A stretch of 62,521 bases of DNA, filler included, from Globobulimina sp. (lineage: Eukaryota): NCBI GenBank assembly GCA_003354225.1. It is 29 parts of 29 records of this genome, joined end to end, with 100 filler letters (N's around TTAATTAATTAA, not from the genome) between each part and the next. Parts side by side here need not be neighbours in the genome. Positions count along the whole stretch, not along the records: positions 1 to 2,061 come from PIVH01009337.1; positions 2,162 to 4,222 come from PIVH01009338.1; positions 4,323 to 6,383 come from PIVH01009339.1; positions 6,484 to 8,544 come from PIVH01009340.1; positions 8,645 to 10,705 come from PIVH01009341.1; positions 10,806 to 12,865 come from PIVH01009342.1; 23 more parts are not named here. One strand, 5' to 3'. The notes under the pieces were generated by a model, which saw only the letters and a program-made list of their open reading frames with translations, searched no databases and was not told where the DNA came from. The position numbers were made by a program, and so were the translations under genes. Numbering within the stretch: position 1 is the stretch's first letter; every line of letters starts with the position of its first letter. Below, piece after piece: positions 1 to 12,261 of this stretch.

Positions 1-1835
1 AATTTTTGAAAAATTTAAAATAATTGAAAATTTTTTTGGTCAAATTGAAAAAAACGACAAAAATGGTTAGCACCGCTACTTGCTCGATTGCTGCATGCAC
101 TAAAACGATTACAATAACAAAATATAAGATTATAATATTTTAAAATTAACTAACCTTCATCCATATCGACTTGATTGACCAACTGTCACTATTTCGGATT
201 CCACTCTGACAAAAACTTTGTTAGTTTAAAAAATTAGTTTGCTCCCAAAAACCAAAATAAAGTAATCTTTGCGACAGCAGACCAACAAAATATTCCTCAA
301 ATCAAATAGCACAAATTTTTCTTTTGGTTGAATACAGCAGTAGGTTCAATTCTTTGCTGAGAATTCTTCTATTGTTCAAGAACAAATAATTCGTTTTCCA
401 GCCATTTCTTCTTGTAATAACTGACACATCGACCAGCCAAGCCTAAAATTATAAAAAAAACATTTTTTTCAACTATTTGATTTGATACTAAAGAAAGGGT
501 TCCGATTTATTACAGTTGAGAAATAATAAAAAGTCTAAGAAACCAAGTTCACATATTCTAACTAAGTATACATACTATTGATATAAATACATACCTTCAA
601 GAAAACAAGACTGAATAGTCCTTTATATAAGAATATTTAATAAAGGGCAAGGAGTATTTTTATTGGGTGCGGTTTGGACACAAGGTAACATAATAATCAA
701 ATGAAGGGAGAGAGTGAACCAGAACTGAACAAACAAAGCGATCGGCAATAACAACAGCTGCATAGCCGTTTAGCAAATAAACGGACCAGCACCCTGCCGT
801 TTAACGCGCCAATTTGGTAACTGGCCAGCAAGTTGATTAAAGGCGTTTATGTATACCTGCGGTCCAGTTGAGTAATGGCTCCAGTCGAGTAATGGCCCAG
901 TCGCCGTTCCCGTTTTGACTGGTGTTTTGTGTCTGTTACCTGTCTTGTATTCATCCATTTGAAAATACATTACTAACCTCTACTAAACTGTCAGTATACG
1001 AAATTTTTGGTATTTAGTTTTTATGAAGGTATGTATTATACTTCTTTATAGAAGTTATGCTAATTTTGACACTTTTTACACTTCCAAATTGAAGGTACTT
1101 TTAAATAAAAAGGGAATTGTCTCTAAAATCTAAGGCTAAAGCCGACCATACTTTCAAATACTCTTAGTATAGTACTGTTATAAAGTATAAGTATTTTTAA
1201 AATACCTACAAAATACTAAAAATGGCAAAAATCGGCGCATCCTCGAACCACCTGCATGCATGATTTATTGGACGAGTAAAGTAGTGTGAAAGCTTAGCGA
1301 CAATGTTCTTTTTATACAGTACAGAGAAAAGTACTTTACTAATCTTTCCTTTTTCAGTCCCATCTCCAATTAGAAGATTTTGGTCAACAATTGTTGGTGA
1401 AAGAGTATAGTTGTCAATCATCAAGTTCAGAAATTTACATCAGATGACGGACCAGATGGTTCAGGTGAGGTTTGAATCAAAAATTGAAAAATTTTCAAAA
1501 ATTGATCAAGTTTTTATGTCCGATAACAAAATCAATCGATATTGAAATATCGATTTTATGCAAATTTTCCCTAAACCATAGCTATTATCGATTAATTGAT
1601 TGATCAGATATCCGAATTAAATAGTGGCATTGGCTTTCCGAATAGTAGAATGGATAACGAAACGCATTTTTCGTCAAAAATACACGAAAATGTCATAATG
1701 ATATGCCATGATTTGAAACTGGCAAAAAAAGCAAAGTTTCTGACGAAAATTTGGAAAAATCTTAATTTGAAGCTTTATTTTTCTGAATATTTAATTTGCA
1801 AAGATGGTTTTAGACTAATATAAGGGCGAATATTC

Positions 1836-2061
1836 CATCTGCAGATTCGAGAGTTACTGTTGACTACTGGTTGAATGTTGACATCTGCAGATTCGACAGT
1901 TGCTTTTGACTACTGTATGAATGTCGACATATGAAGATTCGACCGTTACTGTTGACTACTGCATGTATGTCGACATCGACAAATTCAACAGTTACTGTTG
2001 AGAACTGGCGGAATGTCGACATATGCAGATTCGACAGTCACTTTTGACTACTGACTGAACA
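1836..2061 (+). repeat. 46-bp tandem minisatellite, about 5 units, cut by contig end
   Basis: Units start at 1836, 1882, 1928, 1974, 2020; consensus close to CATCTGCAGATTCGACAGTTACTGTTGACTACTGNNTGAATGTCGA. Confidence 0.95.
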
Positions 2062-2161
2062 NNNNNNNNNNNNNNNNNNNNNNNNNNNNNNNNNNNNNNN
2101 NNNNNTTAATTAATTAANNNNNNNNNNNNNNNNNNNNNNNNNNNNNNNNNNNNNNNNNNNN
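2062..2161. other. Artificial scaffold linker (first of 28 identical linkers)
   Basis: N44-TTAATTAATTAA-N44 recurs every ~2160 bp; the palindromic core gives stops in all six frames; flanking contigs are length-sorted 2061 to 2058 bp. Confidence 0.99.
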
Positions 2162-2861
2162 AATATTTTTCTTCGTCATCATCAACATTGGGCAAAGTAA
2201 TATCGTCAGGTGACTCAGGTTTTGTTTCTTCGGAATTCGAAGCTAAATTGTTTGCGTCATCGATATGTTGACAATTGGTCAATTGCAGTTGTTGAGGTTT
2301 CGTTTCTTTATTAATGTTAAAGGTTTCATAATTTTTAAATATTTTATGGTCACTGCACAGAGCATTTCTATATTTAATGAATGGTGAAAGAGGCTCAATA
2401 TTCAATATTGTGCATTTACTATAGTCCCAAATTACTGCGATATTCTCGGGTAATCGAAATATAATATCTTGTTGTAATTTTTCTATATGTCTTGGTAGTT
2501 GATTTTGGTCATAATAGAATTCTCCAGAGATAATTGATACCAATATCACTATCAAACCACCATACTTGTGATAGTCAAATCTTTCCTTGATTATATTTGT
2601 AACACCAATTTTAATGTCCGCATGTGTTGTGTAACAAAGTAAACAAACATCTTGTTTTACTCCACACAATGCATCACTGCTTGGTGTTATTATTATGGTC
2701 AACGGTTTGGATACCTGTTGATTTTCAGCAAGTACTTTGTCAATGTAATGTTGATTAATTTGTGTTTGATTTAATGAATTTATCAGTTGTGATGGAATGA
2801 AACATTTGATGTTCTCTGTGTGCTTTGGTTTTTGTTTCTTTGCGTTGGGTGTCGACCCCAT
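2162..2861 (-). CDS. Hypothetical protein, 3'-truncated
   Basis: Open frame of more than 230 codons from ATG 2861 to contig edge; no motif recognised. Confidence 0.55.
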
Positions 2862-3049
2862 ATTTATACTGTTGTCATATCGGCTTCAATGTTGGAAGTG
2901 GCCGATTTGATGACACAATTAAAGATTGACAAAAAAACTTTTTTGAAAAAAAAACAGAATTAAAAATAAAAACAAATATAATCCGTCAATACAAACGGCT
3001 TGTCGGGCTGGAACTCTTTTTTGATAACATCATTTCTATATGGATGGCA

Positions 3050-4054
3050 TCACAACTTTGATTTTTTATCCATAATACTTTTTAAATTTTGTCGATATTT
3101 ATTAAAGAGTTTTTTGGTGGCATCATATTGATTAAATTTCTGTGTATAAATTGAATAAAATCTATCGATCGCTGTACATTTACTCCAATCTTCATGTGTA
3201 TTGATCCAAAAATATTTTTTCTGAATTCCTTGTTCAAATACAACATCAGCAACAATTTGTGGATCGATACCATTCGCTTCCCACAGCTCAGGATGTGGCC
3301 GACCAGAATTATATGTCTTTGTTTTCTCCAATTCATTCCATACGTTTTTAATATTATGAACTCGTCCAACTGTCTCAAAAAATGATGATTTCACATATGA
3401 TGGAATTAAACACGACACGTTAATAACACCTCTGTCGTTCCTTTCTTTCTTACATTTTTTATTATAACTCCTTAATTCTGAGACAAATGTTTCTGTCAAT
3501 GCACATACGCCATGTTTTGTGACTGCATAAAAAGAGTCAGCAGTGCCTATGCCTGCAACTGAGGCTGTATTAATAATAAATCTTTCATCATCATTTATTT
3601 CCTGTGATACGGATATGGTCTGCAAAAATGGCAGAAATGACTGTGTGATGTAAATAATACCCCACAAATTTATATCCATTGTTTTATGCATCCGTTTTAA
3701 ATCTCCATTCAATACATTTGTAAATGATGAAACTCCCGCATTGTTAAATAGAAAATGGATAATTATTGGTTTAGCAACTTTACTTTTGGCGGAATAAAAT
3801 AAATTATAATCATTTTTGAATTTATTTATCATTTGTTTCACTTGTCGTGGATTAGATATGTCACATTTATATGGCAGTGCACAAACTGAAGGATATTGTG
3901 ATGAAAATTGTGATGTTATTTCAAACAATGATTTTTCATCAATATCGATTAAGATGACGTTTATGCCTAAACTCACACATTTGTTTGCCAAAGATTTACC
4001 GATTCCATTTGCTGCACCAGTTATTGCTGCCCATTTGCCTTTGTATTTTGCCAT
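3050..4054 (-). CDS. Short-chain dehydrogenase/reductase, probably peroxisomal
   Basis: TGAANGIG Rossmann motif, NNAG, catalytic S and YAVTK, C-terminal SKL (PTS1). Confidence 0.93.
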   Translation of the reverse strand: MAKYKGKWAAITGAANGIGKSLANKCVSLGINVILIDIDEKSLFEITSQFSSQYPSVCALPYKCDISNPRQVKQMINKFKNDYNLFYSAKSKVAKPIIIHFLFNNAGVSSFTNVLNGDLKRMHKTMDINLWGIIYITQSFLPFLQTISVSQEINDDERFIINTASVAGIGTADSFYAVTKHGVCALTETFVSELRSYNKKCKKERNDRGVINVSCLIPSYVKSSFFETVGRVHNIKNVWNELEKTKTYNSGRPHPELWEANGIDPQIVADVVFEQGIQKKYFWINTHEDWSKCTAIDRFYSIYTQKFNQYDATKKLFNKYRQNLKSIMDKKSKL

Positions 4055-4322
4055 TATACAATAAATCTATTTTTTTGGAGTTCGTTAACGCAAGATCGCA
4101 AAAAACAACTTGACAGATCCTTGCACTTGATAACTAAAACTAGTTTAGTGACTAATTTAGATCAATCAGTTATGCAATTGCAAAGAATCAAACTGATTAA
4201 TGGCAATAAATTCAAATTCTTTNNNNNNNNNNNNNNNNNNNNNNNNNNNNNNNNNNNNNNNNNNNNTTAATTAATTAANNNNNNNNNNNNNNNNNNNNNN
4301 NNNNNNNNNNNNNNNNNNNNNN

Positions 4323-4682
4323 TACAAAATTGAATGAACATATTTGTTTTTTGTCAAACCTTGCTCCTAAACATAAGTCAACTGCATTTAGATACAGTTT
4401 GTTATCATCATCATAGCCATTTGGATACAGTTTATAATCAAAGACAAAATCATTATTGTACTTAAATGATCCTTTAATAAATTCACCTGGTTTCATATCA
4501 AGCATTTTTTCTAATGGTTTGCTACGAAATGTCATATAAATCATTTCATCAAAAAACAATAAACATAATTTTATAATTGCAATTGGGAAACAATATCTTG
4601 AACTTGGAAGCTTTGAATGTTCTCCAATAAATCCAAATGTTACCATCTCCTTCTGTGATTTGCTTAATTTTTTATGTGACAT
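4323..4682 (-). CDS. Protein with recurrent N-terminal helical module followed by a MATH-like beta region, 3'-truncated
   Basis: VTFGFIGE...FPIAIIKLCLLFF module, then FDYKLYPNG resembling the MATH W.L..YPNG motif. Confidence 0.6.
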
Positions 4683-4734
4683 GTTAAGTATAAGGAATAC
4701 TAAGGATAATTAACGTATTTTATTAATTTCTATC

Positions 4735-6383
4735 ATGTCAACTGATAGCACATTATCAAACTCAATTCCTATCCCCAAAACAATAAACCTGAAGGTAAAC
4801 ACATCGATTGAGGCAGCCTCAACCTCAATATCGCTTTCCAAATCATCATCAGCCGTTCCATCATCAGCCTCCTCCACCACATCATCATCATCGCTGTCAT
4901 CAATACTTAACCTCGGAGAGAATTCACCAGTATCACCCTTTCGATTGTCCCCACATTCAACACCCAATTTTGCATTTAAGCTCGACACAAAATTACACAA
5001 TTCCAACAACGCAGATTCAGATGATATCAAAATCAAAGCAAGAAGTGCCTCGCAGGTTTTGTTATCATTACATCGTATTTACATTGCTTTATTTTATGTT
5101 TATAGCCGCCACCAATTCACCAACACTCTGAGGACGAACCAGTTTGTGAGTTCGGGCAAGAACAACAGGACGAAGACCATGCCAATAATCATTCGAATTC
5201 ATTTTCAATATTTACTTTTCTCCGCAATGAGATTGAATATATTGACGTTGCTATAACGCCCATTATAAATCATTCAAAAACCAATGATGCTCCGAACAAC
5301 AGCGCTGAAGAACGCATTTATAACTTCTTTTGGTTATTTTTTCGAATGGAAAAACTTTTGTTTTTCGGGTTTTGGATTTGTTGCGATTCGTTTTTTTTAA
5401 TTATTACTATATTACCAACACGTGTTTTGTATCGAATTTACAAGAAATTATCGTATTTATTAAACAATGAATGGATATTATTGTATAATAACTTCATTCG
5501 ATATTATTTCTTATATTGTTATTTTACATTAAAATATTCATTTTTGTACAAAACAGTTAGTAAAATATATCATTTTATGAGATACATTGTCTGCTTACAC
5601 TTTATTAAAGATTTTATATTATTTATCTGTTGCAATTGTTGTAAATCGTTTATTAACCGGAATAATAATAATATTTTAAATGGATATAATATGTTTAACA
5701 ATGACAATGAATATAGAGAGTATTTTGAGAATGCCTCTGGTTTTTGTTGCAAATGTGTATGTCTTATAAGTTGTTGTTGTGTCTGTAACCGACATATTCA
5801 TTACAATAAAAAATATGAAAAAGACAGAGGTAAAGTGACAAACAAACAATACAGTGATATTCCAGTATGGTTAATAAAACTGCAAAAAGAGACATTTTCG
5901 AAACGAATGCATTTTTTAGATAGTCACCAATATAAATATATGTACACAGGAAGGGATTATTTGGACATAATACGTCTGCTGACTTTATTATTATGTGTTT
6001 ACATATTGGCACAATTCAATTTATCCCAAATCTATCACTTTATTCGAGCGCAGGAAAACTTTAAACTCTATGTTTTATTTAAAATTATTGTCATTATTCA
6101 ACATTTGATGGCCTCCTTTGGAGAGGATAGCATCGAGGCTTTATTTAATTCATTGAATAGTAAATTACTGCAAAGGAAGAAAATATGTGTAAATTTATGC
6201 ATTTATATCTTTTATAATATAATTCATTCATTGCTGTTATATGGACATTTAATAACTTTGAATGCGGCCATGAACAGCCCCAATAATACACTGATAACCA
6301 TATTGGTGGCGGATAATTTCTACGAATTAAAATCACCTGTTTTCAAAAGATATTATGTTGCAAATGTGTTTGAAAGGTTATGC
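4735..6383 (+). CDS. TAPT1: TAPT1/Emp65 (DUF747) ER membrane protein; join(4735..5055,5106..>6383)
   Basis: 50-nt GT-AG intron 5056-5105 joins two ORFs in frame; ERIYNF...EKLLFFGFWICCDSF...LP.R, SQIYHFIRAQENFKLYVLF, TLNAAMNS, NFYELKSPVFK are TAPT1 hallmarks. Confidence 0.9.
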
Positions 6384-6828
6384 NNNNNNNNNNNNNNNNN
6401 NNNNNNNNNNNNNNNNNNNNNNNNNNNTTAATTAATTAANNNNNNNNNNNNNNNNNNNNNNNNNNNNNNNNNNNNNNNNNNNNCAGTTTATATTAATAAT
6501 TATGATGATGGGCTTGCACTCGCTCATCATCAACACCAATTCTTTCCTTCCTTTTTTCCAATTTTTTCATTATTTTCATTCAGATCGTGGTCATCACAGA
6601 CAACCACATGTTTTGATCCATTTTTTAGCGGCGATAGCCACTAAAATTCATCTTTCCCAATACATTTTTTCATCCTTTTTTTGTTGTAATTGTGGCTGTG
6701 GATTGCCACTAAATATCACATAATATCCACATCGCACTTCATTATCGATTTGAATGTCAATTTATGGATTCCCTCTTGTTCCAAACCAATAAAATTCTGT
6801 TTAAATAAAAAATAACAATCAACTTTTC

Positions 6829-7130
6829 ATTCTCGCCTCCTTAATATATGACGGCATTTATTCTCTCATTCTCGCCGCCTTAATACGTGGCGGCATTGGA
6901 TCCAATTCTCACCGCCTTAATACGTGACGGGATTCCTTCTTTTAATCTCACCGCCTTAATATATGGCGGATTCTTTCTCATTATCGCCGTCTTAATATAT
7001 GACGGCATTCCTTCTCTCATTCTCAATGCCTTAATATATGACGATTCCTTTCTCATTCTCGCCGCCTTAATACGTGACAGCATTGCATCCAATTCACACC
7101 GCCTTAATATATGACGGCATTTATTCTCTC
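6829..7130 (+). repeat. 36-39 bp tandem minisatellite, 8 units, each with a small hairpin
   Basis: Core ATTCTCRCCGCCTTAATAYRTGRCGGCATT; unit lengths 39,37,39,36,39,36,37,39. Confidence 0.95.
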
Positions 7131-7251
7131 ATTTGTGTTCAAATAATTAGTTCTGGGGATTTCGTCCATTCCATTCCTCTCACCGTAGGATTAAGGATGG
7201 ATTTTATTTCAGACTGTTACTGTTGAGAGTACTTTTAAAAATCTGAAAATC

Positions 7252-8007
7252 TCAAAACTGAACCCTCTGAACCAATCTACAGGGAAAGTACTTAAATTTA
7301 CTGCCGCCATTATTTGGTTCAAATACAACGTCATTAATTTCCATATCATATTCTGTTAAAATTAAAACTTGATCAGTTGATTTATCATTTTTCATATCTC
7401 GTTGGGCGTTTTCTAATATTTGTTGAAAATTCATCAATTTTCTGCTGAATTTTGCTTTAGGAAAATGTTTTTGCAGTCAGTCGAATACCTGCAGTCGAAA
7501 CGGATAATGTGTTTTCTATCTTTAGTTGACTAGCTTCGAAGTAGCTTTCATCAGACTTTGAAAATCTTCTTCTTCCTTCCTCTACATACCATAATGCCTT
7601 CACGAAGGAAAGAGCAAACCGAAACTAATCATATTTATATCCCTATAAATTATATACTTTAAAATTTTCATATTCATTTTCATCCAAACTTGACATTATT
7701 GTATAATTATAGCCTTTGCCTAATACATTTTTGTATCTTTCAACATCGTCTTTTACGTCGGGGAGTGATGGACGAGCGGTATTTTTCATCTGTTTCTGTC
7801 TGTATTTGTCTAATATGTTTAAGAATATGTCTCCGATGTCCTGGTAATTCAGTTTCATCCATATCTTGGATACCAGCCATTGTATCAAATCCGGCAGAAA
7901 TGAAATTTTTTATATATTGTGATTTTAAAACTGTTTTTTTAAAGAAATCCACTGCTGCTTTCCTCTGTTTTCTTGAGAGATACTGATATTGATTCTGTTT
8001 GATTTCC
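7252..8007 (-). pseudogene. Degraded SAM-domain gene
   Basis: FFKKTVLKSQYIKNFISAGFDT...PGHRRHILKHI is SAM-like; followed by a frameshift and several in-frame stops. Confidence 0.5.
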
Positions 8008-8644
8008 TTTTTTTTTTTAAGATAAAATAAAATTTAAAAATTATACGCAAAATCGCAAAAACAAAAAAAAATACCTGTTCTTCCTTTTCTTTTCATCACT
8101 GATTTTTTTAAATGATAAAATTGAGAAACTATCGTTTTTATGATAAGAATGAATCGCTAAACAAAATCCAATTTTAGATTTTTTAATATCAAATGCTTTT
8201 TTAATTTTGATGAATTTTTTCCAAATTTTGATGTTTTTGCAAATGAGAGCCAATTTTTATTTAAATTTAATTCCATAGTTATTACATCTCAACTATTCAC
8301 TTCCTTTACCATTTGAATCACATTTAGTACCAAATGCAGAATATCCATAATGAATGATTGAATCCATAATGAATGGCCGATTACCACTTCTGATTTTAAT
8401 TTGCCATTCCTTTCGCTTCCTTTCGGGACTTGCGCACCGTAAACAGTTTTATTGGGTCGATAGACCCTCATACCAGTGATTTCAAAATTTTGAGTTTTTT
8501 TTTAGTACTACTAGTACTACTACTACTACTTTTTTTTAACATTTNNNNNNNNNNNNNNNNNNNNNNNNNNNNNNNNNNNNNNNNNNNNTTAATTAATTAA
8601 NNNNNNNNNNNNNNNNNNNNNNNNNNNNNNNNNNNNNNNNNNNN

Positions 8645-9157
8645 CCGCCACCGATGGATTGCGTCAATTGAAAGCCTTGCGGACAATCACAGCCTTCAGT
8701 TTCGCGACGGATAATGTCTACGGCTTCATCGATTAATTCAGCCCCTTCGGTATAATGCCCTTTAGCCCTGTGAGTGAGTGGCGGTGTGTTAGTGTGTTGG
8801 GGTATGTGTGGATGCGATTTTGCGTCATATGACATACCAATTATTACCAGCACCGGAAGCACCAAAGCACATATTATCGGGTTTGAACAATGCGCCCATT
8901 GGTGAGGCTTTAATAACGTCCATGATACCGGGCTCTAAATCGACTAAACATGCACGAGGCACAAATCGTAAGGTACCGGCTTCTTGGTAATATACATCGA
9001 TTTTGTCCAATCGTAAGGCATCCTCTTTGTTCTCTGGTTTGCCTTTGAATTTGCCATCTTCTGCTAATTTATGTTCTTTTCCCATTGTGTTCCAAAAGGC
9101 GTTACCAATTTGGTTGCCACACTGTCCAACTTGGACGTGAATAATTTCTCTTACCAT
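8645..9157 (-). CDS. TUBB: Beta-tubulin, divergent Retaria/foraminiferan beta2 type; exons 9157..8838 and 8767..<8645
   Basis: [48 protein letters not shown]; 70-nt intron 8768-8837 splits the Trp codon. Confidence 0.97.
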
Positions 9158-9468
9158 GATGCGTTATATATAAACGGGAATTGGTGCAAAGAAGTTTGTT
9201 TTTTTCGGAGAGAATGAAGAAAAGTTAGTGGGAAGTTGTTTGTTGTTTTGATGAAAAAGACTTACAAGCAAAGAAGTATTAAAAACAATGTTGTGTTTAT
9301 CAATCAAAGATATGACAGTATGATTTTGCAGATCTTGCAGACCTTTGGGATCAGTTATTTTCTAAACAATATAAATGGAATCAAAGGAAGCATAAAAAGA
9401 AATACAAACAACTTAAGATTCATTGCACACATTCAAATCAAAGTATTCCTCAATTATATAGTTCTCAT

Positions 9469-10676
9469 ATGATTGAATCATTTAATTTTACTCACTATAC
9501 CATCTCATTCGAATTGAGTAACAGTTACAATCATTTCGCTGCAAATTTGACGCCAAATTGCAATGAAAACATTCAAGAAAACATCCAATATCTGTCTAAT
9601 TATAATAACGTTAAGAATCCATTATCTCAAAAACAAATGTTACATTATAAATTACTCTCATCCTCCAAATCTATGAAACAATTATTATATAACGCACACT
9701 ATATCTCTCATGAGGATACAAAGAGTATTCTTCGTAAACTAAAACATAAAACAATTAACAGCAGAATCTTTGAAGAACTTAGTGGTACGTCCGCATATTA
9801 TGAGAGGAATAATGTATTCCCACAAGAAACGTTACTGTTAATGCAGGGATTTGCATCTGATATATTTATACCTGACGATATTTGTAGTATGATCAAACAT
9901 TATTATTGTCCATCTATGAATGAATTAGGAAATAATATTGTTATATTTAAGTATTGGTATTCGAGTCGTTATTATGATAATTCACCATCGCAACAAACAT
10001 AGGTATAGGGATCTAGGATTTTCCCAGTTGAAATAGCCAAATGAGTGCTGATGAGGGTCTGAGGGGGGCTGGGAGGTGGTGGGTGGCAAAATGGGGGCTG
10101 TGGCTGCCTGTCTGGCTGTCTGACTGTCTGACGACATCATGGATGCCAATTACTTTTTAAAGTGTCTATTTCTTGCAAATCTACACTTATGGGATATTTT
10201 CTCAGCCGTATTTCAGAATACGCAGATTAGATCCCTATACCTATGTTTGTTGCGATGCACGTTATTTTGGTCATGTAGTCGGATGGGACACTAAATATAT
10301 TCACAAGAATTATGTTGCACATGTCTGTAATTATGGAATGACACAAAATAATGTACACGTATTCAAATTGCGTTTAATTGAGAATATAACGGATTCATTA
10401 ACTGTTGATATATTAATTGGTGTAACTCATGAAAAAACATTTACTTTTTATTCTGAGTTGAAATATGAAAAATGTTCAGTTAAATTGTTATCTTTAAATA
10501 ACTGTCGCAATGGAGATATAATTGAGATGATAGTTGATTTGAGAAATAAGGAGCTTAACAAATCAGCAGTATATATATACATAAATGATATACACATTGG
10601 TTCCAAGGGTTCAGAGGCATTTAATGCGTTGGATATGGATATTTATTATCCATTCATTTCTTTTACTAGTAAATAG
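9469..10676 (+). pseudogene. Helical-module plus SPRY-like gene interrupted at about 10000-10172
   Basis: ORF 9469-10002 carries LMQGF...IPDDICSMIKHYY; ORF 10173-10676 has SPRY-like ILIGV, GDIIEMIVDL, YYPFISF; a TAG and a G-rich segment lie between them. Confidence 0.5.
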
Positions 10677-11053
10677 AGCACAAACTTTTCTCATGAAATT
10701 TTGAGNNNNNNNNNNNNNNNNNNNNNNNNNNNNNNNNNNNNNNNNNNNNTTAATTAATTAANNNNNNNNNNNNNNNNNNNNNNNNNNNNNNNNNNNNNNN
10801 NNNNNTAAACATAGGAAGAATAAAGGAAATGATTGGTATGATTCAATCCGATCGCGAGCTAACAAAAAACATTAAATTTAAATTAACAGGCTCTGAAAGT
10901 CTGAATGTTAAATCTTTAATTACCTAATTAAATTAATTGAACTCCTTTTTTGTATTTGTTTCTTGCTAACGCATGTCAATGTGGTTAGAAATTTGTCGTT
11001 TGCGAAGTGTTAACAATGATTTTAAGATTTTCACCAAGTGACTCACTAAACTC

Positions 11054-11894
11054 ATGCAACTGAACATGCCAACTGAACCGTCCATCCTTTGTCTGTTATC
11101 AACCCTTCTTTTATTAGTGATTGATGCACAAAATTGCAAATGGAACAAGGTGGATCTTTCACCTTTAGCCTTCTCTGAAATATCATGCGTCTGGGGAGGA
11201 TTTTGGGAGATGTACGGTTTTGTTTTTATCTTTTTTTTGTACATGTTTTTCGATTAGAATATCTGTTTAAATATGCAATAGCATATATACGCCATGTGGT
11301 GATCGCGTTTCATGCAAAGATAATGCTCACATGGCTGGACAATATAACACGAGATCAAATTCATGCGAAACAATATTAGCATCATGGGATAATTCTGTGT
11401 CGCCTAAACATTCAACGTATAATGGCATGGACCGATGGACATTTTCCTATTCAAACGGAGAAACATCGTGGGGCTGCGACCAAGGAAGATGGTTAGATCT
11501 CGAATATATTTGTGATCCGTCAGAAAAAGCCAATCCTTTCGATGGGGATAAAACAGACTGCGGCGAGGAACATCCAGAGCATGATGATTGCCATTATTTT
11601 GTACGGATATATTCAAACATTGCATGTGTTTCTGATACACAGTCAGCAGCATTGAGTGGTGGATGGATATTTGTAATATCGGTAATTGCTTTGTTGTTTG
11701 GTTATTGTTTATTTGGATATTTGTGGAATGCGTATTATAATAAAGACTGGAATGTGCGACATAATTTGCCTAATGTTGCATTTTGGTATGCATTGCCAAG
11801 ATTAGTTATTGTCGGTTGTATAGTAACCAAACAATCATTGTTTGGATTCGCTGGAAAGGATAATGTTGAGACAAAAGAAGTTTTTAAATTGTAA
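11054..11894 (+). CDS. Mannose-6-phosphate receptor/ATG27-like type I membrane protein; join(11054..11211,11282..11894)
   Basis: Signal peptide, MRH-like cysteines (YTPC, YICD, CHY...AC), TM LSGGWIFVI..., tail LPNVAFWYALP...GC; 70-nt intron restores frame. Confidence 0.85.
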
Positions 11895-11966
11895 AACTGA
11901 ATTAAGCAGAAGTCACCAAAGTTATAAATCAAGTAATACTCGTGTTATATAATCGCATTGCTTTAG

Positions 11967-12100
11967 CACTGCAGACTTGTTTGGTGGGACAACTATTGGC
12001 CAAATGTTCATTGTGGCGATGGATCAACTGCAAAAGTTGAAATCCGACCACCGCAATGAAAAGTTGGTCAATAGTTGTCCTGCAGTGTGTGTCTACAGTG
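11967..12100 (+). mobile_element. Dispersed palindromic hairpin element (MITE-like), copy 1
   Basis: Ends CACTGCAGAC / GTCTACAGTG; nested stems around TCAACT-GCAAA-AGTTGA; homologous to 19310-19345, 39267-39358 and 39491-39590. Confidence 0.8.
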
Positions 12101-12261
12101 TTTGCATGCGAAATATTAAATATTATCAGTTATTTATCACATTAGAAAAATATCAAAAGAAAAGAGGAGCACCATGTACACGAATAAAAGTTTTTCAGTC
12201 TGTTAGCCTCACTCAATAACAATGAGCAACCTATAATTGTGCTATTGGGCACAAAAAGAGA

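Noticed and set aside
770-1823. Short ORFs on contig 1
   Set aside because: No motifs and no consistent exon structure could be built.
1836-2061. CRISPR array or coding repeat
   Set aside because: Head-to-tail units without spacers; 46 is not a multiple of 3.
6484-6760. THAP-like transposase remnant (KHVVVCDDH on minus strand)
   Set aside because: Needs several frameshifts and stops; too weak to call.
6880-7114. Repeat-protein ORFs on both strands
   Set aside because: By-products of the minisatellite; the 37-nt units break the frame.
6829-7130. CRISPR array
   Set aside because: Variable parts are only about 6-10 nt and recur; no unique spacers, no cas genes, eukaryotic context.
11967-12100. 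SECIS element
   Set aside because: No AUGA/GA quartet in the correct geometry, and the upstream genes have no in-frame TGA.
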